32,000 nucleotides of DNA from Ignicoccus hospitalis KIN4/I. Lineage in GTDB: Archaea; Thermoproteota; Thermoprotei_A; Sulfolobales; Ignicoccaceae. Each line of letters opens with the position of its first letter. Positions within the stretch are counted from its first letter, which is position 1. Where the stretch lies: positions 90,001 through 122,000 of the forward strand of contig NC_009776.1 of NCBI RefSeq assembly GCF_000017945.1. Direction: 5' to 3'. The notes under the pieces are model-generated. The model ran no database searches. It worked only from the letters and a program-made list of their open reading frames with translations, and had not been told where the DNA came from. Positions 17,273 through 24,018 of this stretch are shown here, one piece after another. Position numbers and translations under genes: made by a program.

Positions 17273-18068
17273 CTATCAGCGGTATGCAGAGTCTTCCTTG
17301 CACGAGCACCGGGACCTCTACCCCGTAGGTTTTCAACAAGTTCTCTTTAGTGAATATCTTTAAAGGCTCGCCCACGGCTATTAGCTTCTTATTCAATAAC
17401 GCTACCCTCTTTACGTCGTTTGCGATAGGTGTGATGTCGTGAGTTACTAGAATTATAGTAGTCCCCTCATCATTATACTTCTTCAAGAGTCGGGCGACGG
17501 TCCTTGAGCTCTGCGCGTCGAGCGCGGAGAAGGGTTCGTCCAAGAGCAAGAGCTCGGGTTTAGAGACTATGGCTCTCGCTATCAGCACCCTCTGCTTTTG
17601 TCCTCCGGACAGCTCCCTATAGGTCTTGTATGCTACGTCCACAAGACCTACTTCCTCTAAAGCTTTCAAGGCTTTGTCCATGAGGGCTTCCTCCCTCTGT
17701 GGCCTCATGCCCTCTATGAGGCCCATCATCACTACGTCTATCGCCCTTAAGGGGACCTCGTCGTTGACGTTCTCCCTCTGCGGGACGTAGCCGATCTTCT
17801 TCGCAATTTCGCTCCTCTGCTTGTAGGGGTCCTTTCCAAAAACTCTGACGCTTCCCCTCACTAGGGGGGCCAAGCCTAGGATTGTTTTCAAGAGCGTGCT
17901 CTTCCCGGCCCCGTTAGGCCCCATGATCGCTAGGAAGTCCCCCTTGGGTACGTCTAGCGTCACCCCTTCGAGCGCGTACGTGTCTCCGTACTTCACCCAG
18001 ACGTCCTTCAGCTCTACTACGTTAGAGTAAGTCGTCGTAGCCGCGGAGCTTGTTCTTAAGCTTACCAA
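17253..18068 (-). CDS. Metal ABC transporter ATP-binding protein (ZnuC/MntA-like)
   Basis: Contains GPNGAGKSTLL, LSGGQKQRVLIARA and LLLDEPFSALD. TTG start. Confidence 0.85.
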   Translation of the reverse strand: MVSLRTSSAATTTYSNVVELKDVWVKYGDTYALEGVTLDVPKGDFLAIMGPNGAGKSTLLKTILGLAPLVRGSVRVFGKDPYKQRSEIAKKIGYVPQRENVNDEVPLRAIDVVMMGLIEGMRPQREEALMDKALKALEEVGLVDVAYKTYRELSGGQKQRVLIARAIVSKPELLLLDEPFSALDAQSSRTVARLLKKYNDEGTTIILVTHDITPIANDVKRVALLNKKLIAVGEPLKIFTKENLLKTYGVEVPVLVQGRLCIPLIGDQHGR

Positions 18069-18447
18069 AGGCCCTCTCCTCCTCTTCCACTTCCTTTAAG
18101 AACGCGTCCTCCTTCTCCTCTTCTTTCCTCAGGGCCCACGCGCAGCGGCCGTCGGGCAACAAGTACTTCTTCTCACAGTACGCGTATTGGCACCTATATC
18201 CTATGCACTTATCGCCTACGAGGCGGCACGTTACTACGGTGATCACTTTCCCTCTTTGGTACTTCTTTGTGAACATGAGGGCGTTCTGGGAGCACCGGAA
18301 GAAGGGACACGCCGGGTTGCACTTGTCGCCCAGAGGCTTCGGCTTGAGGTCTCTACGCCCCTTGCCGCCCCTCCTTACTCCGTCCCTCAACTTAAGCACC
18401 CACCTCGCCCGGAGCCTTTCGTCGAGGGTACCTACGGCAAGTACCAT
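18022..18447 (-). CDS. Cysteine-rich (8 Cys) hypothetical protein with a basic N-terminus and a charged C-terminal helix
   Basis: Contains DKCNPACPFFRC, TCRLVGDKCIGYRCQYAYC and PDGRCAW. The ATG start overlaps the endA stop. Confidence 0.55.
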   Translation of the reverse strand: MVLAVGTLDERLRARWVLKLRDGVRRGGKGRRDLKPKPLGDKCNPACPFFRCSQNALMFTKKYQRGKVITVVTCRLVGDKCIGYRCQYAYCEKKYLLPDGRCAWALRKEEEKEDAFLKEVEEEERAFGKLKNKLRGYDDLL

Positions 18448-18974
18448 TTAAGCATAACGTAGTTTATAGAGCCGTTCTCTACTATTGCCATTATGTATCT
18501 CTTCCTCACCCCGTGCGCCACCCTACCCCCCTTCACTATCTCTGACGGGTCCAAGCTGGTGCCCTTCTCCAATACGTCCACGACGTAGGGGGCGTGGTCT
18601 ATCCCGGGCCCGAACTCGTACACGACGAAGTCGGAGCCGTACTTCAGCCCCGACCTCACGACGAAGCCCTTGTTTCTCAATTCCTTGTAAACGAGGTACT
18701 TCTCTTCCAACCCCTCCATGAATTTCCAAATCTCTTTGAGCTCCTCTGGGCTGTAGCTCTTGTCGGTCGTTATGTCACGTATCTCAATGACCCCGGTCTC
18801 TAGCAAGTAGAGTGCCTCCAACGGCGAGAGCGCCAAAGGCGCTTTCACGTCCTCCGGGCCCTTTGGCTTCTCCGTCCCCAAGGGGTGCCCGAAGAAGCCC
18901 TTCGAGTATATGTCCTTGGCAGCGGCGTCGTCCAGCACTACCACTCTGTCGCCTACCAAGTAGGCGGTGTACAA
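18432..18974 (-). CDS. endA: tRNA-splicing endonuclease (catalytic subunit type)
   Basis: Contains YKELRNKGFVVRSGLKYGSDFVVYEFGPGIDHAPYVV and GGRVAHGVRKRYIMA, 180 aa. Confidence 0.88.
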   Translation of the reverse strand: MYTAYLVGDRVVVLDDAAAKDIYSKGFFGHPLGTEKPKGPEDVKAPLALSPLEALYLLETGVIEIRDITTDKSYSPEELKEIWKFMEGLEEKYLVYKELRNKGFVVRSGLKYGSDFVVYEFGPGIDHAPYVVDVLEKGTSLDPSEIVKGGRVAHGVRKRYIMAIVENGSINYVMLKWYLP

Positions 18975-18977
18975 AGT

Positions 18978-19670
18978 TTACACCTTATGCATTAAGAAGT
19001 ATTTCAAGTTCTCAGCTACGTCCTTTAGTATGTCGGAGGCGTCTTCCAAGTTGCCCAATATTTCCCACGAGAGGACGGCGGAGGCGCAGTCCTTAGAGCC
19101 CTCTAATACGTCCATAAGCTTCGAACGGTAAGCCCTATCTATTTCGTCTTCCAGGCCTATGCTCTCGTTCACGTACTTCATTGCCATCTTAGGCTCCGTT
19201 ACTACGCGCGCTGCCTTGGCCAACCTCTCCGCTTGTTCGAGCAGTAAGTTTAGGAGCTCTTGAGTTTCCAGCACTAACTCCTCGTGTGCCTTCCCCCTCT
19301 TCGCGAGGACGCCCAGCCTGTAGCAAGAGCCGTCCACGTACTGGGCGGCGTTGGAGATGCCGAGTACTATAGGCATGAATGTGTCCTTCATTATTAGGCC
19401 TGCTGGCAACCTCACCAAGTATTCCATAGCCTTATCTTTGTAGTTTTCTATGTTCTCCTTCAGCTCCCTGACGCTCTGAAGGGAGGCGTCCACTTCCGCC
19501 GCGGTCCCCCCTTTGGCCTTCTCGACCATAGATAGGGCAGCCCTAATCTCTTCGGTGAGAGAACTCATCAAGTTATTCAGAGTCTCGATGAGGTTTATTT
19601 CAGCTATGCTGCTATAGACCTTCGCTTGGGTCTCGGGCTCTAGGTAATCGACCTCGCGCTCTTCCTCCAC
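18978..19670 (-). CDS. DUF47 / PhoU-like helical protein
   Basis: All-helical 230-aa protein with LEDEIDRAYRSKLMDVL and ILGNLEDASDILKDVAENLKY, reminiscent of the DUF47 (PhoU-related) family. GTG start. Confidence 0.45.
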   Translation of the reverse strand: MEEEREVDYLEPETQAKVYSSIAEINLIETLNNLMSSLTEEIRAALSMVEKAKGGTAAEVDASLQSVRELKENIENYKDKAMEYLVRLPAGLIMKDTFMPIVLGISNAAQYVDGSCYRLGVLAKRGKAHEELVLETQELLNLLLEQAERLAKAARVVTEPKMAMKYVNESIGLEDEIDRAYRSKLMDVLEGSKDCASAVLSWEILGNLEDASDILKDVAENLKYFLMHKV

Positions 19671-19697
19671 CTACCTCCCCGTTCCACTTCCCAATTG

Positions 19698-19710
19698 TTT
19701 AAAGTAAAAA
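19698..19710 (-). promoter_or_regulatory. TATA box for the minus-strand gene chain
   Basis: The minus strand reads TTTTTACTTTAAA, centred about 34 nt upstream of the GTG at 19670. This is consistent with a leaderless or short-leader mRNA. Confidence 0.5.
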
Positions 19711-19765
19711 GCTCGATGGAGGAGGCGAAGGAAATCACATAACCGCATGTTACTGCTCTGTGGGC

Positions 19766-19776
19766 ATTATAAATAT
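19766..19776 (+). promoter_or_regulatory. Strong TATA box inside the 279-nt intergenic region
   Basis: ATTATAAATAT is the best TATA-like element in the window. It lies about 180 nt upstream of the Lrp start, so it implies either a long leader or a separate transcript. Confidence 0.45.
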
Positions 19777-19952
19777 CTTAGCGCTTCATAAACCGCGTTT
19801 AAATCGCGGCAACGAGGTTCTGTGGACGAACCCGTGGGGGGCCTAAACGTGAAAATAGCGTCGGACCAAGTTTACCTTCCCTATTGTAGGGAAACGGAGC
19901 CTGCGGAAGCTTCATTAGCGAGTAATGTTAACCCCCTTAATGGGGTTCTGTG

Positions 19953-20501
19953 ATGGCTGCCAGAAGGGTCCGGAACCTGGGCGAGCCGAGCATAATAGAC
20001 TTCGTCCGCTCCGAGAGGATAAACGATAGGGACAAGTTAATCCTCAAGACATTATTAAAGAATTCGAAGACGACTACGACCGATATAGCTGAAAAGCTCA
20101 ACATAAGCGACGTGGCTACTAGGAGGAGGATCAAGAAGCTCGAGGAAGAGGGCGTGATAAGGTTCTACACGGCAATATTAAACCCTAAGAAGCTCGGCTT
20201 CAACGTCGTCGCCCTCTTGTTAATAGAAACAGAACCTTCGAGCGTAGACGAGGTCGCGAAGACTCTAGCCGAGATACCGCACGTGGTGGAGCTGGGCACG
20301 CTCTTGGGAGACGCGAGCGTTTACGCGGTGGTCTGGGCGGAGGACTTGGAGAGCTTAGAGAACATCGTAAAGGAGAAGATAGGCAAGGTGAAACAGATAA
20401 AGAAGATACATACGTACTTAATGGCCAAACATTACAAGGTCAACGGACTGCCCCTTCGGGAGAGCGAGCTTGTGCCGGATGATGGCGGGCACGAGGCCTA
20501 G
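19953..20501 (+). CDS. Lrp/AsnC-family transcriptional regulator
   Basis: HTH DKLILKTLLKNSKTTTTDIAEKLNISDVATRRRIKKLEEEGVI followed by a RAM-like domain (FNVVALLLIETEP...). ATG at 19953 immediately follows the GTG at 19950. Confidence 0.85.
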   Translation: MAARRVRNLGEPSIIDFVRSERINDRDKLILKTLLKNSKTTTTDIAEKLNISDVATRRRIKKLEEEGVIRFYTAILNPKKLGFNVVALLLIETEPSSVDEVAKTLAEIPHVVELGTLLGDASVYAVVWAEDLESLENIVKEKIGKVKQIKKIHTYLMAKHYKVNGLPLRESELVPDDGGHEA

Positions 20502-21099
20502 GTTCATTACTAACTTTGTAAAGGTGGCTCGCAAGGACGGCAAAGGTCTGCCTAACGGCGACGGTTGGGGCTTTGCAGCCTATTTAGCGGACGGCACTAT
20601 CCTAATCAAGAAGAAGCTCGAGCCGATATGGGAGAGCTTGGAGCCCCTCCCGAGAGCGCCTTTCCTCCTCCACGCGCGCAGGGCGGAGAAGTTACCTAAA
20701 TCCTTGGAACACGTACACCCACACGTTTGCAACGGCGTCATCTTGGCTCACAACGGCAACGTCGAGGTCCCGAGGCCCTCTGGGCTGAAGCTCTACCGTA
20801 GGACTTCGAGCGAGGCCTTAGCTTGCTACTTCGGGGCGCTCTTGGCCTCCGGAAGGGAGCTGGAAGAGGCGTTAGAGACCGTTTCTAAGACTGTCAAGCC
20901 CAAGCCGTCGGCCAATTTCGTGGCTATCGTCACGAGCGCGTCGAAGCTGGTGATCTTCAACTATCACACGGGCGATAGGTATTACGTTATGTGGAAAAAG
21001 GAGGGAGTCTACGCGAGCGAGCCCTTGGGAGAGGGCTGGCAGCCGCTCTCGGAGGACGGGGCTCCCGTTTGGGAGGTGGTTGACCTCAAGCCTTCTTGA
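20470..21099 (+). CDS. Class-II (Ntn-type) glutamine amidotransferase-like protein
   Basis: The TTG start is followed directly by Cys (M-CRMMAG), as Ntn hydrolases require. Also contains DGWGFA, LLHARRA and LAHNGN. It overlaps the Lrp 3' end by 32 nt. Confidence 0.6.
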   Translation: MCRMMAGTRPRFITNFVKVARKDGKGLPNGDGWGFAAYLADGTILIKKKLEPIWESLEPLPRAPFLLHARRAEKLPKSLEHVHPHVCNGVILAHNGNVEVPRPSGLKLYRRTSSEALACYFGALLASGRELEEALETVSKTVKPKPSANFVAIVTSASKLVIFNYHTGDRYYVMWKKEGVYASEPLGEGWQPLSEDGAPVWEVVDLKPS

Positions 21100-21316
21100 C
21101 CCTCAATATCAACTTGTTGTTTTCCTCTTTTACCTCGAGCACATCTGCCCCAATCATCTTTAATGCTTCTTTATACACTTCGATACTCTCCTTGTACTCG
21201 ATGGGAAGTATTATTTTCGCTTCCTCGCCGCTCCCGAGCTGTTGGACAGCCATGGCTATGTTGGATATCATGTCTCCACATACAACGTCTTGGGCGGTCA
21301 GGTCTATCTCCTTCAC
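21086..21316 (-). CDS. TusA/SirA-like small protein
   Basis: 76 aa with IDLTAQDVVCGDMISNIAMAVQQLGSGEEAKIILP and a C-terminal beta segment (KLILRVKK). This follows the TusA fold pattern, but with CGD where CPxP is usual. Confidence 0.4.
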   Translation of the reverse strand: MKEIDLTAQDVVCGDMISNIAMAVQQLGSGEEAKIILPIEYKESIEVYKEALKMIGADVLEVKEENNKLILRVKKA

Positions 21317-21345
21317 GGCCCCTCCCCGGGTCCTTGACCAGTAGG

Positions 21346-22122
21346 TCAGATATAAACGACGTAGCGCCCCCTTAGGCGCAGCTCAATTATTCTGTTCCGG
21401 TCGGCTAGCAAGTACGCTAGGGCGGCCCCGGTCAAGAAGCCTCCGATGTGCGCCCACCAAGCGACCCCCGTGGGCATTCCGCTGAGGCTCCAAGTGCCCA
21501 TTATTAATTGGTAGAGGAACCACAAGCCTATGAAGACGCTCGCCCTTATCGGGATCAATAGGGGGTAAGGCGCGAACACGAGTGTCATCACTTGGGCGTG
21601 GGGGAAGAAGAGCATGTAGGCTGCCAAGACCCCGCTGATCGCACCCGAGGCCCCTATGGCCGGGGTGAGCCAAGGGTTCTGTCTCAAGTACGGGTTCAAG
21701 ATGATTGAAGGCGTTAGCATCACTGATAGCAAGTGGAAGACCACCGCCCCTAATCCGGAGAGGAGGTAGAGGGCCAAGTACCCCCTCCTCCCCAAGACTG
21801 CTTCGACGTTGTCTCCAAAGATGTAGAGGAAGAGCATGTTCCCCGCTATGTGCTCCAAGCTACCGTGTAACCACATATGCGTTAGGAGCGTGTATTCCCT
21901 CATACCATTTACGACGAAGTACGGGACCATGCCATAGTTCTTCACTAGTTCGTTAAACGATAGCACGTTTCCTTGCAGTAGCAAGGGGAGCTCCAACACG
22001 ACGAACACTAATACGTTGATTGTTATTATAGCCGTGTTAATTATCGATTTTCCCCTCACCGCGTTTATGTCGTAAAGCGGTATCATGCTTTGGTCCGCGT
22101 TTCGCAGGGAAAGAGAACTCAA
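21346..22122 (-). CDS. Rhomboid-family intramembrane serine protease
   Basis: Contains HMWLHGSLEHIAGNMLFLYIFG, catalytic GASGAISG and AHIGGFLTG. The TTG at 22122 fits leaderless spacing from the TATA at 22146-22156, and the ATG at 22086 is an alternative. Confidence 0.88.
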   Translation of the reverse strand: MSSLSLRNADQSMIPLYDINAVRGKSIINTAIITINVLVFVVLELPLLLQGNVLSFNELVKNYGMVPYFVVNGMREYTLLTHMWLHGSLEHIAGNMLFLYIFGDNVEAVLGRRGYLALYLLSGLGAVVFHLLSVMLTPSIILNPYLRQNPWLTPAIGASGAISGVLAAYMLFFPHAQVMTLVFAPYPLLIPIRASVFIGLWFLYQLIMGTWSLSGMPTGVAWWAHIGGFLTGAALAYLLADRNRIIELRLRGRYVVYI

Positions 22123-22145
22123 AAGCGTGTCCTCCGCGGGGTCCG

Positions 22146-22156
22146 ATATATTTATA
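22146..22156. promoter_or_regulatory. Shared, near-palindromic TATA element between divergent genes
   Basis: ATATATTTATA is centred 29 nt from the rhomboid TTG (22122). It is 38 nt from the GTG at 22189 and 59 nt from the ATG at 22210 of the plus-strand gene. Confidence 0.45.
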
Positions 22157-22209
22157 CACCCGTCGGGGAGCCGTGCCGGAGAAAGACCGTGCTACTAAAA
22201 AGAGAATAC

Positions 22210-23982
22210 ATGCAAGTTTTAGAAAAGTTCAAGGGTAAGGATGAAGTAGACGTAGCGGAGGTCGCCACCGGCGAATACGAAGAAGCTGAGAACGTCTTGT
22301 TCATCTTATTGGCACTAGAGGTCCAGGGACTCATAGAGCCCGTCAGCAAGGAGAGGCCCAGGAGCTTCAGGCTGACGGAAGCCGGCAAGAAGGTCTTGGA
22401 GGCCTGGGAGGAGGCCGGGAGGCCGGAAGCGGAGAGGTGGTTCGACAGCTCCATCCACGCCGCCGTGTGGAGCTTGTGGAGGACTTCAGCTAAGGCGCCT
22501 AAGGACTGGTTCACCCCACTGAGGGAGAGGGGACTGGTCGACGAAGAGGGGTTCCTCACAGATGCGGCCAAGAAATTGGTGGAACAGTTCGAGCCCAAGG
22601 TGAGGCCAGTTAAGGTGAGGGTTACCAGGGACTTGGGCTGGACCCTAGCGAGGGTCCCCCCTGGTCCCGCGGCCGTGGCCCCGCTCAGCAAGTTCCCCGA
22701 AGAGCACATAGACTTGCTCGAGGCAATGGGCGTCATAGTCTTCACTTCCCCCGACAGAAAGTACTACGCGCTCACGCGCTTCGGGCGCTTCCTAAGGGAA
22801 GCGATAAGGGAGCTCAGGCCCGTTGCTATGGAGTACGTCTTAGTAAATATGAAAATAGCGGAGATGGTCAAAAAGCTCGTAGAAGGGGGCGAGCTGACGG
22901 AGGAAGAGAAGTACTGGCTAATGAACTTGGGGTACTACAGGGACGGCAAGCCCACGCGCGCGGCCAAGTGGTTGTACTTGGCGTTGAAAGAGCTCGAGAG
23001 GGGCGAGTGGTGGGACACGTTCCCCATAGGCTTGACTAGGGTAGACGAGTGGGTGCTCAAGACCATAGACCACTTGTGGAAGAAGGCTGAAAACAACCCC
23101 GAGCTGAAGCCCACCAAGAAGCTGATACAGTACTGGATCGAGAAGCACCGGGACGAGTTAGGTATGGACGAGGAAACGTACAAGGAGCTGGAGTTCAGCG
23201 ACTACACCATAGGTCTCGCGCTCTACCGCTTGGAAGCGGTGAGGTTGGTAGACTCTTACGAAGAGAAGGGCAAGCTGGTTTACGAGCTGACGGAATACGG
23301 CAAGAGACTACTCGAGGTGCTGGGCCAAATAACCGAAGTGCCCGCCCACGCCGTAAAGACCTTAGTTTACGCCGACAAGGGGATACCGCCCTTTAGGCTA
23401 TGGATAGAGGAGGCCATACGCTGGGGGCTTATGGGGCCACAAGGCGCCGGCACCAAGGCCAGAGTGCTCATGTGGATATCCAGGAGAGTAAAGAGGTTGC
23501 CCTTGATAACCAAATTAGAACACTTAGTGTTGCAAAAGACCTTGCCTTCCAGAAGAGCTGAGCCCTTGGAGGAGCTCGTCAAGAGAGTGAGCGCCTTGGG
23601 TTATGACGAGGAGGAGGTCCGAGCGGCGATCTACTGGCTGGAGATGTGGGGAGCGTTGGAGGTCTACGGCAACGGCTACGTGGAGCTCACCGAGATAGGC
23701 GACATGATTAAACACGCCTTAGTGGCCACCCCACCCGGAGTGGCCACTCCGGTACACCCGCACTTCATAAGGGTGTTGCAAGCGGTTAAGGAACTCGGGA
23801 GCTACGAGGACTTGGCCGAAATAGTCAATAGAACTAGGCTCACGCTGGGCATAGTGAAGGACGCCCTCGTGGTCGCCAGGGAGGCGAAGCTCCTAGGGGC
23901 CAAGGACTTGACCGGAGAGGGCGAGCTGCTGCTGGAGGCCGTAAAGAGGATACAGGCACACGTGGAGGAGGTCGTACAATAA
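22210..23982 (+). CDS. Large protein made of about seven tandem winged-helix (wHTH) modules; function unknown
   Basis: Repeated G-[LV]-[IV]...x-LT-x-x-G-x-x-L wing motifs: FRLTEAGKKVLE, GFLTDAAKKLVE, YALTRFGRFLRE, YELTEYGKRLLE, VELTEIGDMIKH and KDLTGEGELLLE. ATG at 22210 is preferred, because the first 40 codons of the track ORF overlap the rhomboid gene and the promoter. Confidence 0.7.
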   Translation: MQVLEKFKGKDEVDVAEVATGEYEEAENVLFILLALEVQGLIEPVSKERPRSFRLTEAGKKVLEAWEEAGRPEAERWFDSSIHAAVWSLWRTSAKAPKDWFTPLRERGLVDEEGFLTDAAKKLVEQFEPKVRPVKVRVTRDLGWTLARVPPGPAAVAPLSKFPEEHIDLLEAMGVIVFTSPDRKYYALTRFGRFLREAIRELRPVAMEYVLVNMKIAEMVKKLVEGGELTEEEKYWLMNLGYYRDGKPTRAAKWLYLALKELERGEWWDTFPIGLTRVDEWVLKTIDHLWKKAENNPELKPTKKLIQYWIEKHRDELGMDEETYKELEFSDYTIGLALYRLEAVRLVDSYEEKGKLVYELTEYGKRLLEVLGQITEVPAHAVKTLVYADKGIPPFRLWIEEAIRWGLMGPQGAGTKARVLMWISRRVKRLPLITKLEHLVLQKTLPSRRAEPLEELVKRVSALGYDEEEVRAAIYWLEMWGALEVYGNGYVELTEIGDMIKHALVATPPGVATPVHPHFIRVLQAVKELGSYEDLAEIVNRTRLTLGIVKDALVVAREAKLLGAKDLTGEGELLLEAVKRIQAHVEEVVQ

Positions 23983-24018
23983 ACCCTTTTCAAAACCCAC
24001 ATCCGGGGTTCCGTCTGA

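Noticed and set aside
19716-19742. Mini-ORF ATGGAGGAGGCGAAGGAAATCACATAA (MEEAKEIT) in the spacer.
   Set aside because: It is only 8 codons long and lies upstream of, not downstream from, the plus-strand TATA box. There is no supporting signal.
19816-19832. A tRNA-like T-arm (5-bp stem GGTTC/GAACC with a 7-nt loop), sitting conspicuously next to the endA operon.
   Set aside because: The loop reads TGTGGAC rather than the TTCRANY consensus. I could not find flanking acceptor, D or anticodon arms on either strand.
19671-19949. C/D-box or H/ACA sRNA in the long spacer.
   Set aside because: No RTGATGA or CTGA box pair occurs on either strand, and no ACA box follows a hairpin. I therefore kept only the generic call of a structured leader, ncRNA or operator.
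22090-22209. A 40-codon N-terminal extension of the multi-wHTH ORF (MVRVSQGKRTQKRVLRG...).
   Set aside because: It would overlap the divergent rhomboid start and run through the shared TATA box. Its composition is Arg-rich and unlike the rest of the protein.
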